In this document: positions 49,843 through 62,400 of the stretch, one piece after another
Layout of the letters: the number at the start of each line of letters is the position of its first letter
Position numbering within the stretch: the stretch's first letter is position 1
NCBI RefSeq assembly: GCF_963921235.1
Contig: NC_086104.1
Span: 102,920,001-102,984,000, forward strand
DNA from: Mobula hypostoma
Lineage: Eukaryota
DNA: 64,000 bases
Direction: 5' to 3'
Made by a program: the position numbers and the translations under genes
Notes under the pieces: model-generated
What the model saw: only the letters and a program-made list of their open reading frames with translations
What the model was told of the DNA's origin: nothing
Database searches by the model: none

Positions 49843-50008
49843 ACCGAACAGTTGACTGAGATTTTAAGCGCTTACTTGAATAAAGTATATAAACTTGATA
49901 CGATTAACCAGAAAACACGCAGTAAAATCCCAGTGCTGTCTAGAGAAAGAATCTTCTCTGGGAGTTTAGAATCTTATCAAAGTTGAAAAAATCATGTAAA
50001 CACTCCAA

Positions 50009-50196
50009 GCAACACACATAAAAGTTGCTGGTGAATGCAGCGGGCCAGGCAGCATCTCTAGGAAGAGGTTAGTCGGGACTAACGAAGGGTCTCGGCCTGA
50101 AACGTCGACTGCACCTCTTCCTAGAGATGCTGCCCCAGCAACTTTTATGTGTGTTGCTTGAATTTCCAGCATCTGCAGAATTCCTGTTTGCGTTTA
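50009..50196. mobile_element. Palindromic Penelope pLTR mini-element (hammerhead core mutated to CTAACGA)
   Basis: 12-bp TSD TAAACACTCCAA; inverted pLTR arms. Confidence 0.85.
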
Positions 50197-50682
50197 TAAA
50201 CACTCCAAACTAGGACAGCTGCAATGTTGATCATTTAGCCATGAGTAGAAACGGTGCGAATTAGATCCTTTGGAGGAGAAGCAAGAAATGTGTAACATGC
50301 TGAAGGAATAAAGTGGCTAAATATGAAAAAAGTCTAAAGAACAAATAGCTTTATTAATTGAACGCATCTCTATCCAGCTACACAACACTCTACGGATTGA
50401 GAAATAGAATCGCTGTGCGCAGCCGCGACCTTTGATGGGCGGTTCTGCCAACCCAGTGAGAGGTGTTAATGGTGATGTCAATTATGTTGAAATACAGTGT
50501 CGGAACTGCAAGAAAAGTGCAAAATTATTACATCATTAACTCAACAGAGACCTCTAGTGCTCTCGGTAATAACGACAGAGATGAGGTAATTGTTCTGACA
50601 GCCAAGTCACAATTTGCCCCAATAAAAACTAAGGGAGTAAAAACATGCAATAATGAAAATGTAAGAAATGCAAAGAGGCATG

Positions 50683-50912
50683 CGTAACCACGAGGAATTC
50701 TGCAGATGCTGGAAATTCAAGCAACACACATCAAAGTTGCTGGTGAACGCAGCAGGCCAGGCAGCATCTCTAGGAAGAGGTACAGTCGACGTTTCGGGCC
50801 GAGACCTGAAGGGTCCTGACGAAGGGTCTCGGCCCGAAACGTCGACTGTACCTCTTCCTAGAGATGCTGCCTGGCCTGCTGCGTTCACCAGTAACTTTGA
50901 TGTGTGTTGCTT
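50683..50912. mobile_element. Palindromic Penelope pLTR mini-element with intact hammerhead core (50813-50846)
   Basis: 11-bp TSD AAAGAGGCATG; ~88-bp inverted arms 50719-50806/50825-50912. Confidence 0.88.
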
Positions 50913-53754
50913 AAAGAGGCATGAGATTTACCATCAACCACCAGAACCAAGAAGAAATGACAAACTGGACCGTTTGCTTAAAGAAATTCAACATCCAAAA
51001 ACAAGGAAGCTTAAAACCTTGTCGGAACTTCGACGAATTAAGAACATATACAAATTGCATCCATATGGTGGCATTCAAATTTTAGCTAGCATGCTGTCTT
51101 CTGAACAAACAAGACAATTGACACTTCGAGTTGAAGATGTTATAGGACAGGATAAACAGAATTTACCAGATATTTGGGACACCATTAAGAAATGGTTGGA
51201 ATGAAAATCCCAACACAGATTGATTGGAAGAAAGTGATTGATTTCAAACAAAAGGCTTCATCTGATGTTTCAGAGTATGAAGATGGCTACAAGACATTTT
51301 GTATCAGCTACTCGGGAGTTTAAGCAATGACTGAAGATAATATGGAATAATCCACACATGACTCTCTTAAGTCAACTTTCACGAATGGTTTGAAGTCAGA
51401 TGTTGCCAAACTGGTGAAGCTAACAAAAGCAAATTGGAGTGAAACTGCCATTTCCTACAGTGATCCTGCTGCCAAACAAGTGGAGCAAGATATTGAAGTC
51501 CAAATAAGATTGGTACAGATGAACCAACTGTCTCCACCTGTTGACCAACATAACGAGTGGAACTGGAGTTCATTTACTTATTGGATATAAATGTGTTAAA
51601 TTCCTACTGGATACAGGAGCAGAACTAACATGCATAACTGAAGCTATTGCCCAAAAACACAATGTGCCATTGACTAGCAACTGTGGATGTGCACATGGTG
51701 CTGGAAGACAGAACCAGTTAATCAAAAGCAAACCAGTTAAACTACAATTTGGTCTCACCTACAAAAAAATACAGTTATGGGTGGGAGACATCACACAACC
51801 TTTTCTCTGAATGGATGTCCTATTGACCTTAAACTCCACTCTTCAATTCACAGAGTGTAAAATTACCTGGTTTACACTCTGTTTTAACCAGTCATCCAAT
51901 ATGGGCACGAGACAAAAATCACTGCGGCCTGCTGGGAATGGATCCTGTTCAGTTTACTGGGAAGATGCCACCTCGTACCAGGAAATATCCTTTAAACAGA
52001 ACATCTTTAGACAGCATCATACCTATTGTCAATCAGCTGGAGAAACCAGTAATTCGTGTCAAGACACACTGTCCGTAAACAGTACAGTCTGGCCTGTCAA
52101 GAATGCCAATGGCATGGAGACTGACACTGGATTACAGGATCACCCATGAATATGTAGACGTTACCCCTCTGGGGGTAGATCCATCAACTATCTTCAACAC
52201 CCTGAACCTGTCACATCAGTCATTCACAGTTATCAATATTGCCAATGGTTTCTGGTCAGTACCACTGGTAGCTGAATTTCAACCATGGTTTGCTTTTACA
52301 GTTGATAGTGAACAATACGAGTGGATGAGACTAGCACAGGGACTTCACAGCTGTCCCACTGTCTACCACATGGCATTGAGACAACAGCTAAGGGACTTTC
52401 CAGGCACTGACTCAACTATCATACAACATGTGGATGATATCCTGATTGCCTCCAAGACCACAGATCAGCATGAATGTGATGAACTCTATTTGCTCGATTA
52501 TCGAGCCTTTGAGCAAATTTGGACAAGCCACAATTGTAACAAGAAGAAATGATTTACTTGGGACAAAAAAATTTCCCAAGGCAAATAAGAAATCACTGAA
52601 GATTGTGTAAAGGCCATTAAATTAGCAAACCCCCCTAAAACAGTCCATCAACTTGTCAAAATGATGGACCACTTCAAACAGCAGTAACTTTCCAGCAACT
52701 TTCATCATTTCTGGGTTTGTGCAACTACAACAGAGAGTGGGTCAATTCAAATGCTGAAATTACTCAACCCCTCACTAGTCTGCTGAAAGGCAGCAAGCAC
52801 TCCGATGACCCTGTAACTCTTAATGAAGAACTGGTGGAAGCTTTCCAAACGTTAAAGGCCACATAAAATATTGCACCTGCATTAGGAATCCCTGTTGTGG
52901 AAAAACCATTTACCCTATATGTCAACGAGAAACATGGCCACTTGACAGCAGTTTTAAGAACATGGAGATCAGCAGTGTCCTGTTGGGTACAGTATTACTC
53001 TGCCATGGACAATGTAGCCTTAGGATGGGTTCCTGTCCACAAGCAGTGCAAACAACCTACCTGGCAGTCAGGAATGTTTCCAACATTGTGCTGGATCACA
53101 CTTTAGATCTTTAGACTTTAAGTGTTTGATGTCCACATTCAGTGCATACTATACTGAATATGAACGGGGCCTCTCAAGTGGCATTTGATTGGTGGTGTTA
53201 GTTGCAGTGGTCCACTGTTCTTCAAGCAGCTAATATTATTATTCAATGAGCAAGTCCAGCAAATCCAGCTACACTGTTGCCAGTGGAAAAGGAAGATTAT
53301 GATGATCATGACTGTACAAGGACAATAACATGTCAAGTTGCAAATTACCATAAAAAAGTGCCTTTGTTGAACACACATCTGATTCCATGATCACTTCTCA
53401 ACCATCGAGGGAAGAATTTGAATAATTGTTGTCACAGAAAATAGTCTCAGGAAACATGGCTCCTGGTACCTCTTGACAAGAGGCAGCACTGAAAGCTTCG
53501 ACTGAAGCCTGTAAGCTAGCATAAGGGAGGTCATCTAACATCTACACAGATTCTCGATATGCTTTCATAGTTGTTCATGACTTTAGAAGTGTATGGAGAC
53601 AAGGAGTATATCTTACAGCCATAGGGACTGCAATCAGGAATAGGCAACTAGTCTGAGAACTTATGGACCTCGTACAACTACCATCAGAGGTTGCTGTATT
53701 GAAATGTAAGGGTCACTCTACAATGACCACAATGGAAATCTGTGGAAATGCATT

Positions 53755-55070
53755 CTGAATTGAATTGAATTAAATTGACTTTATTTCTTACATCTTTCAT
53801 ATACGAGGAGTAAAAATCTTTGTTACGTCTCTATCTAAATGTGTCATGTGCAATCATAGTAATTTATAATAATTTATAATAAATAAGAAAAGTCAATGTA
53901 ATATAGACTACACTCAAATCAGCGTGAGTTCATCAGTCTGATGGTCTGGTGGAAGAAGCTGTCCCAGAGCCTGTTGGTCCTGGTTTTTATGCTGCGGTAC
54001 TGCTTCCCGGATGGTAGCAGCTGGAATAGATTGTGGTTGAGATGACTCGGGTCCCCAATGATCCTTCGGGCCCTTTTTACACACTTGTCCTTGTAAATGT
54101 CCTGAATCATGGGAAGTTCACAACTACAGATGTGCTGGGCTGTCTGCACTACTCTCTGCAGAGTCCTGCGATTAAGGGAGGTACAGTTCCCATACCAGGC
54201 AGTGATGCAGCCAGTCAGGATGCTCTCAATTGTGCCCCTGTAGAAAGTTCTTGGGATTTGGGGTCCCATACCAAACTTCTTCAACCGTCTGAGGTGAAAG
54301 AGGCACTGTTGTGCTTTTTCACCACCCATCTGGTGTGTACAGACCACGTGAGGCCCTCAGTGATGTGGATGCCGAGGAACTTGAAACAGTTTACCCTTTC
54401 AACCCCAGATCCGTTGATGTCAATAGGGGTTAGCCTGTCTCCACTCCTCCTGTAATCCACAACCAGCTCATTTGTTTTTGCGATACAGGTATTGAGGGAG
54501 AGGTTGTTTTCTTGACTCCACTGTCAGAGAGATGACTTCTTCCCCTTGGGCCACCTCATTATTGTTTGAGATAAGGCCAATCAATGTAGTGTCATCAGCA
54601 AATTTAGTTAGTAGATTGAAGCTGTGGGTGGCGATACAGTCATGGGTATACAGGAAGTAAAGGAGGGGACTCAGTTCGCAGCCCTGAGGGGGTCCTGTAT
54701 TGAGAGTCAAAGGGTTGGAGGTGAGGGATCCCACTCTTACAACCTGCTGGCGATCTGACAGGAAGTCCAGGATCCAGCTGCACAAGGCAGGGTCAAGGCC
54801 GAGGTCTCTGAGCTTCCTGTCGATCCTGGACGGAACTATGGTGTTGAATGCTGAACTGTAGTCCAAGAACAGCATTCTCACGTAAGCATCCTTCTTCTGC
54901 AGTTGTGAGAGGACGGTATGTAGAGCAGTGGCCATTGCGTCATCTATCGATTGGTTGTGTTAGTAGGCAAATTGTAGGGGTCCACTTTTGGTGGTAGCAA
55001 GCTGAAGATGTAATCCTTGACCAGCTTCTCAAAGCATTTGTTCATTATTGAGGTGAGTGTGACAGGACGC
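53755..55070 (-). mobile_element. Rex1/Babar LINE 3' portion inserted in the ERV RNase H
   Basis: [35 protein letters not shown]; (TTCAA)n tail. Confidence 0.92.
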
Positions 55071-55829
55071 CAGATGAAACTGAAAAACTAGCAGCAAGAG
55101 AAAGAATAAAGGAAATAGAAGCAAACCCTTGTAACTGAAACTACGGCAACCAAGTTAACCTCTGTATCACAAATGAACAATAGAGTTTGGAGATATGACA
55201 GTAATGGAGATATGACAGTAATCTATTTGACAACCTATTTCACTACCGGGCGCTCTCAATCTCAGAGGCGCTGATATGCACATTATGGCAGGCAGTTTAA
55301 TTGATTATTGTACCCAAGTTATTTAGTCTGTTTCTCAACAAGTTACTGCTGCTTGAACTGGCCCATCATTTTAGCAAGGTACCAACAAAAATGGATGTCA
55401 TGTGCAAAATGGCTCCTCAGAATCATGTGGCATTAGATCTTCTCCTAGCAGTTTGAGGGGGGGGACATGTGCAGTTACGGTAAGGAATATTGCACCTGCA
55501 TACCGGACACCCCAAAGATATAGTTACTGAATATTAAAATTAATCATATTCATATTAACATGTATTATCATAATTTACATTTTTGTGGTTGTTGATTGCT
55601 AGAATAGTCCAAACTCATATAAGTATTCCTGATATATCTAATCATGAAGAAATACTATAAATGCTCTTCAGAACTCTTTGATATTATACAATTGAAGTAA
55701 ATTTTTATTACTCTTTAAGGTAGACACTTCAGGTTTTTCCACCTCTGAATTTGTAGGTGTGGTGATTCTAACAGTCAATTGCTGGAATCAGTTGTTTTTT
55801 AATACTTTTTATAAGATATTGGGGGGCGG

Positions 55830-56485
55830 GTTAGATCTGGGCCTGATGTCCGGCTCACCCAGGGAAAGTGTACGCGCAATACATTGCCTCTCCTTTCCCG
55901 GTGTAGTGATCGCTGCGTGGTCACTGTCTGGCCTGCTAGGCAGGAGGCCACTGCAAATGGCCTCTCCTACATGACTACATCCGTAGCAACACCTTCTCGC
56001 CGGTGCCCCCCGTTTCTACCAAGCTTGCTACGTCATGGTGCGACCGAGTGTCCGGCGGTGTAACTGGATGGGAAGGCTGGACATTAGCCTTGGTTGGCAG
56101 CCAGCCTAAGGGAAGGACAACTCTGAATCCAAACCCCGGCAGGAGGGGCTCGTTAACCTTGTCAGGCCATCCACCCAGGAGAAGGACACTCCAATGTAAC
56201 TCCTACGACCCGAGGACCTCGCTGTCACCGTCCCAGCTTACAAGACCATGGCAGATGAACCCCAAGTGTAAACGATAGGGCCAGTACCGCGCACACTGCA
56301 CTCCACCTAAAATACCATTGCGCAGGCCGAAGGACACACCCACATCTACGACCATCCTCCCCGACAGCCGTTGAGGCCAGGCCTGCCTGTCCTGTATTGG
56401 CCTTGTCAGCCACCAGCGAGCCTGCAGAGGATGTGGGCAGCACCCTTCCTAAATCTTCATTCGCGAAGCCAAGCCATGAATGAAT
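55830..56485 (+). mobile_element. Bipartite non-autonomous RTE element (5' UTR fused to 3' end)
   Basis: ggcagccagcctaagggaaggacaactctgaatccaaacc (RTE-type 5' UTR); ACLSCIGLVSHQRAC; 3' end atcttcattcgcgaagccaagcc. Confidence 0.65.
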
Positions 56486-56929
56486 AAGATATTAGCTGAA
56501 TTAATGCAAGGCTAAAATTGTAGTTTTAATTGTAGTTTTTTTGCAGACATAACTTGTATTTTTAATAATTTTGTATTCTTTAAACAGTATGTGGAAGTTT
56601 GTCTCCACTTATTGGCAGAAGGTGGTATAACAGTTACATACACCTTCGCATAGTTTAATTGGCTGTGTTAGCACATTATACACGTGTTAGAATTGTGTTG
56701 CCTTTTGATTGGATTCTGTTATCTAAATAAATTTGGTAATCTTGAGTATAAAGATGATAGATTTTTCAAAGGTGCCATCAGAACAAACACCTCCTGTGCA
56801 CAGTAATGGTACAGTGATGGTTCATTTCCAGGTGTGATGAACAGCAGCAATAACTGGAGAACCTGACACTAATATCACTCTTCAACTTGCAACTGGAGCC
56901 ACCAAATGTAATGGTTAAAAGTTAAACAA

Positions 56930-57217
56930 AGAGTTATTTAAACTGTTTTACTCTGTGTGAACTTGGTGATTTGTCAGCAGGTGGGATGACCGAGTAAAAC
57001 TTTTTGCTCACACACAACAGGCCTGAACTCATGAATGCACCTTCAGTTGCGATGACTGGTGAAATCTCTTCCCACGGTCAGAGCAGGTGAATGGTCACTC
57101 CTCAGTGTGAACTTGCTGGTGTGCCTTCAGTTGCGATGACAGAGTAAATCCCTTCCCCCAGTCTGAGCAGGTGAACAACATCACCCCAGTGTGAACAAAA
57201 TCTTTGCTGTTTCTAAA
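56930..57217 (-). pseudogene. Truncated ZNF pseudogene exon (~3 fingers) with intron/5' module to ~58270
   Basis: Acceptor at 57218-57219; [29 protein letters not shown] followed by stops; 57200-58080 aligns to 6620-7560. Confidence 0.82.
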
Positions 57218-58799
57218 CTGTAAAAAGATTTACAAAAGACATTAATGGATGAAGGACAACATTTCAGATGAGATAATGTTGGCCGCTATAGTGAGCTCTG
57301 ACACCACGCTGTAACAGTAAGTTTCAACCCAAGTTGGCATCTTCTAAATGGGCATGGATCAGGCATCTGGACAGTCTTCCTGTCTGTATCATAATGAGCC
57401 ATTTCTGCCTGTCTTCAATCTGCCATTGGCTCAGTTTGTCTCTCTCCATTAGTATTAGTTCAAATTCCGGTCAAAGACCAGACCATGCTATGAAGATCAC
57501 ATGGTTTTACAAGGATGATCCTGGAGACATTCCGATTACTCTGACCCCTCACCCCACATGTTTGACAGTGGTGAACTCATTCATGGTAATGCCAATGAAT
57601 AAGAAGGGGAGGGCAGCAGTGGTTCTCAATGGAACTTTGGTGATGGGAAAGCTACTGGTCACTTGTTACCCAGGACAAGGGTGTTTGATATCATTATACA
57701 TACCCAAAGAAATGGGTCAAAACATGTTCTTACAGGTAGAAAGGCCCAGAACGAGAGGAGGTAAAACAAAGGTAATTTTCACAAGAACTAAAGCAGACGG
57801 AAGGATTTTGTTATTTTTTCAATGCAGCACAAATTGATATTTTCATTGACTTGAAGGTGGACTCTTCATTCGAGATTAACTCAGTACTGCATTTTTGTTC
57901 CGAGTTCCTAATCCTTGGATTTAGGGAACAGTGTTTGGGAGATCCATCTGCTCCTGTTCCTTCCGAACATACCCTACTGAGTGTCGGGGAAGCGCACAAA
58001 GTGTTATCCATGGCTGCCTCTATACCCAGAACCCCTCATGAAGAGAGACCGATCTATCATGGTCCCAGCAATGCTCAGGCGCTAAAGGAACTGCACAAGC
58101 ACCTTCGATGCGGACACCGATGCTTATCCAGGCCCCGCCCGGACAGCCACGCCCACCTGCTGTCGATTCTTCAGCGCCAGTTGTCCCCTGAAATTCGGGA
58201 ACTATCCGCCAGTTTTATGCCTGTGCATTTGATCACTGGTTCACCGACGGCGAATTCTTGAAGCGCGGAGCAACAGACACAAAATGCTGGAGGAACTCGA
58301 TAGGCCAGGCAGCATCTATGGAAAAGAATAAACTGTTTCTGGCCAAGGCACTTCTTAACGACTGAGAAGGAAGAGCAAAGCCGCCAGAATGAAAAAAAGG
58401 GGGTGGGGGAGAGGCTAGCTGGAAGGTGATAGGTGAAGCCAGGTGGGTGGGAAAGGTCAAGGGCTTGAGCAGAAGGAATCTGATAGGAGAGGAGAGTGAA
58501 CCATCAGATCACCAATACCCTTGAATAGAAAATCCTCCAATAAGATGGTGGATGCTATTGTGTATTTAATATTTCAGTAAGCTTGTACATATATGAATAT
58601 TGATTGATTAAGCATCCTTGTTCATTTAAATAATTCATCTCGGGTTGTATGCACTGAATAAATAAGTGAACAGCATATGTCATTACATGCGATATGGGGG
58701 GATCTCACTTAAAGTTAACTCCAAGTTAGACTCATATTTCAGATTCCTGTGTCCTCCATTGAATTAGTTTAATGTTTTGAAGTTACAAAACATACCAGA

Positions 58800-59306
58800 T
58801 ATGGTCCAGTCCATCACAAGTCCAGCCCTCTGAGCACATCTACATGAATTGTCTACATCCATCATCAGGGACCTCACCACCCAGGCCATTCTCTCTCCTC
58901 CTAGCTGCCATCAGGAAGAAGGCACAGGAGCCTCAGGACTCACACCACCAGGTTCAGGAACAGTTATTACCCCTCAACCATCACGCTCTTGAACCAAATG
59001 GGATAACTTCACTTGCCCCATCATTGAAATGTTCCCAGAACTTGTGGACTCACTTTCAATCACCCATCATCTCATGTTCTGAATATTTATTGCATATTGA
59101 TTATTATTATTTCATTATTTTTGTATTTGTACAGTTTGTTGTCTACAGTACTGCACTCTGGTTGAACACCCATGTTGCGCAGTCTTTCATTGGCTCTGTT
59201 GGGGTTATTATTCTATAGATTTATTGTGTATGGCCAGAGAAAACAAATCTCAGAGTTGTATGTGGTGACAGATGTGTACTTTGATAATAAAATTTCCTTT
59301 GTACTT
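58800..59306 (+). mobile_element. Rex1/Babar 3' fragment
   Basis: Similar to 47120-47560; gataataaa tail. Confidence 0.8.
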
Positions 59307-59406
59307 TTATAGAAACATAGAAACATAGAAAATAGGTGCAGGAGTAGGCCATTCGGCCCTTTGAGCCTGCACCGCCATTTATTATGATCATGGCTGATCA
59401 TCCAAC

Positions 59407-62400
59407 TCAGAACCCCGCCCCAGCCTTCCCTCCACACCCCCTGACCCCTGTAGCCACAAGGGCCATATCTAACTCCCTCTTAAACATAGCCAATGAACTG
59501 GCCTCAACAGTTTGCTGTGGCGGAGAATTCCACAGATTCACCACTCTCTGTGTGAAGAAGTTTTTCCTAATCTCGGTCCTAAAAGGCTTCCCCTCTATCC
59601 TCAAACTGTAACCCCTCGTTCTGGACCTCCCCAACATCGGGAACAATCTTCCCGCATCTAGCCTGTCCAATCCCTTTAGGATCTTATACGTTTCAATCAG
59701 ATCCCCCATCAATCTTCTAAATTCCAACGAGTACAAGCCCAGTTCATCCAGTCTTTCTTCATATGAAAGACCTGCCATCCCAGGAATCAATCTGGTGAAC
59801 CTTCTTTGTACTCCCTCTATGGCAAAGATGTCTTTCCTCAGATTAGGGGACCAAAACTGCACACAATACTCCAGGTGTGGTCTCACCAAGGCCTTGTACA
59901 ACTGCAGTAGTACCTCCCTGCTCCTGTACTCGAATCCTCTCGCTATAAATGCCAGCATACCGTTCGCCTTTTTCACCGCCTGCTGTACCTGCATGCCCAC
60001 TTTCAATGACTGGTGTATAATGACACCCAGGTCTCGTTGCACCTCCCCTTTTCCTAATCGGCCACCATTCAGATAATAATCTGTTTTCCTATTTTTGCCA
60101 CCAAAGTGGATAACTTCACATTTATCCACATTAAATTGCATCTGCCATGAGTTTGCCCACTCACCCAACCTATCCAAGTCACCCTGCATCCTCTTAGCAT
60201 CCTCCTCACTGCTAACACTGCCACCCAGCTTCGTGTCATCCGCAAACTTGGAGATGCTGCATTTAATTCCCTCATCCAAGTCATTAATATATATTGTAAA
60301 CAACTGGGGTCCCAGCACTGAGCCTTGCGGTACCCCACTAGTCACCGCCTGCCATTCTGAAAAGGTCCCGTTTATTCCCACTCTTTGCTTCCTGTCTGCT
60401 AACCAATTCTCCACCCACACCAATACCTTACCCCCAATACCGTGTGCTTTAAGTTTGCACACTAATCTCCTGTGTGGGACCTTGTCAAAAGCCTTTTGAA
60501 AATCCAAATATACCACATCCACTGGTTCTCCCCTATCCACTCTACTAGTTACATCCTCAAAAAATTCTATGAGATTCGTCAGACATGATTTTCCTTTCAC
60601 AAATCCATGCTGACTTTGTCCGATCATTTCACCGCTTTCCAAATGTGCTGTTATCACATCCTTGATAACTGACTCCAGCAGTTTCCCCACCACCGACGTT
60701 AGGCTAACCAGTCTATAATTCCCCGGTTTCTCTCTCCCTCCTTTTTTAAAAAGTGGGGTTATATTAGCCACCCTCCAATCCTCAGGAACTAGTCCAGAAT
60801 CTAACGAGTTTTGAAAAATTATCACTAATGCATCCACTATTTCTTGGGCTACTTCCTTAAGCACTCTAGGATGCAGACCATCTGGCCCTGGGGATTTATC
60901 TGCCTTCAATCCCTTCAATTTACCTAACACCACTTCCCTACTAACATGTATTTCACTCAGTTCCTCCATCTCACTGGACCCTCTGTCCCTTACTATTTCT
61001 GGAAGATTATTTATGTCCTCCTTAGTGAAGACAGAACCAAAGTAATTATTCAATTGGTCTGCCATGTCCTTGCTCCCCATAATCAATTCACCTGTTTCTG
61101 TCAGCAGTGAGCCTACATTTGACTTTACCAGTCTTTTCCTTTTTACATATCTATAAAAGCTTTTACAGTCCGTTTTTATGTTCTCTGCCAGTTTTCTCTC
61201 ATAATCTTTTTTCCCCTTCCTAATTAAGCCCTTTGTCCTCCTCTGCTGAACTCTGAATTTCTCCCAGTCCTCAGGTGAGCCACTTTCTCTGGCTAATTTG
61301 TATGCTACTTCTTTGGAATTGATACTATCCCTAATTTCTCTTGTCAGCCACGGGTGCGCTACCTTCCTTGATTTATTCTTTTGCCAAACTGGGATGAACA
61401 ATTGTTGTAGTTCATCCATGCAACCTTTAAATGCTTGCCATTGCATATCCACCGTCAATCCTTTAAGTGTCATTTGCCAGTCTATCTTAGCTAATTCACG
61501 TCTCATACCTTCAAAGTTACCCCTCTTTAAGTTCAGAACCTTTGTTTCTGAATTAATTATGTCACTCTCCATCTTAATGAAGAATTCCACCATATTATGG
61601 TCACTCTTACCCAAGGGGCCTCTCACGACAAGATCGCTAATTAACCCTTCCTCATTGCTCAAAACCCAGTCCAGAATAGCCTGCTCTCTAGTTGGTTCTT
61701 CGACACGTTGGTTCAAAAAACCATCCCGCATACATTCCAAGAAATCCTCTTCCTCAGCACCTTTACCAATTTGGTTCACCCAGTCTACATGTAGATTGAA
61801 GTCACCCATTATAACTGCTGTTCCTTTATTGCACACATTTCTAATTTCCTGTTTAATACCATCTCCGACCTCACTACTACTGTTAGGTGGCCTGTACACA
61901 ACTCCCACCAGCGTCTTCTGCCCCTTAGTGTTACGCAGCTCTACCCATATCGATTCCACATCTTCCCGGCTTATGTCCTTCCTTTCTATTGCGTTAATCT
62001 CTTTTTTAACCAGCAATGCCACCCCACCTCCCCTTCCTTCATGTCTATCCCTCCTGAATATTGAATATCCCTGAACGTTGAGCTCCCATCCCTGGTCACC
62101 CTGGAGCCATGTATCTGTGATCCCAACTATATCATAATCATTAATAGCAATCTGCACTTTCAATTCATCCACCTTATTACGAATGCTCCTTGCATTGACA
62201 CATAAAGCCTTCAGGCGCTCTTTTACAACTCTCTTAGCCCTTGTACAATTATGTTGAAAAGTGGCCCTTTTTAATGCTTGCCCTGGATTTGTCGGCCTGC
62301 CACTTTTACTTTTCTCCTTTGTACTTTTTGCTTCTACGCTCACTTTACACCCCTCTGTCTCTCTGCACTGGTTCCCATCCCTCTGTTGTGAACTAACCTC

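Larger units (their letters stand above)
47600..55620 (+). mobile_element. Endogenous retrovirus (class III/snakehead-like RT by motif impression): gag-pro-RT-RNase H-env TM, decayed, integrase apparently deleted
   Basis: IDWKKVIDFKQK gag; FLLDTGAELTCI; VWPVKNANG.WRLTLDYR, IANGFWSVPL, LAQG, HVDDILIAS; IYTDSRYAF..KCKGH; QNHVALDLLLA..GGTC..GKEYCTCIPD at ~55425-55510. Confidence 0.85.

Noticed and set aside
50668-51204. 178-aa ORF as a novel gene
   Set aside because: A chance fusion of the palindromic insert with decayed ERV gag.
56490-56790. Possible 3' LTR of the plus-strand ERV (CCAAT- and TATA-like motifs)
   Set aside because: No matching 5' LTR, clear termini or TSD could be found.
59795-62074. 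Plus-strand ORFs up to 258 aa
   Set aside because: Antisense shadows of CR1 ORF2.
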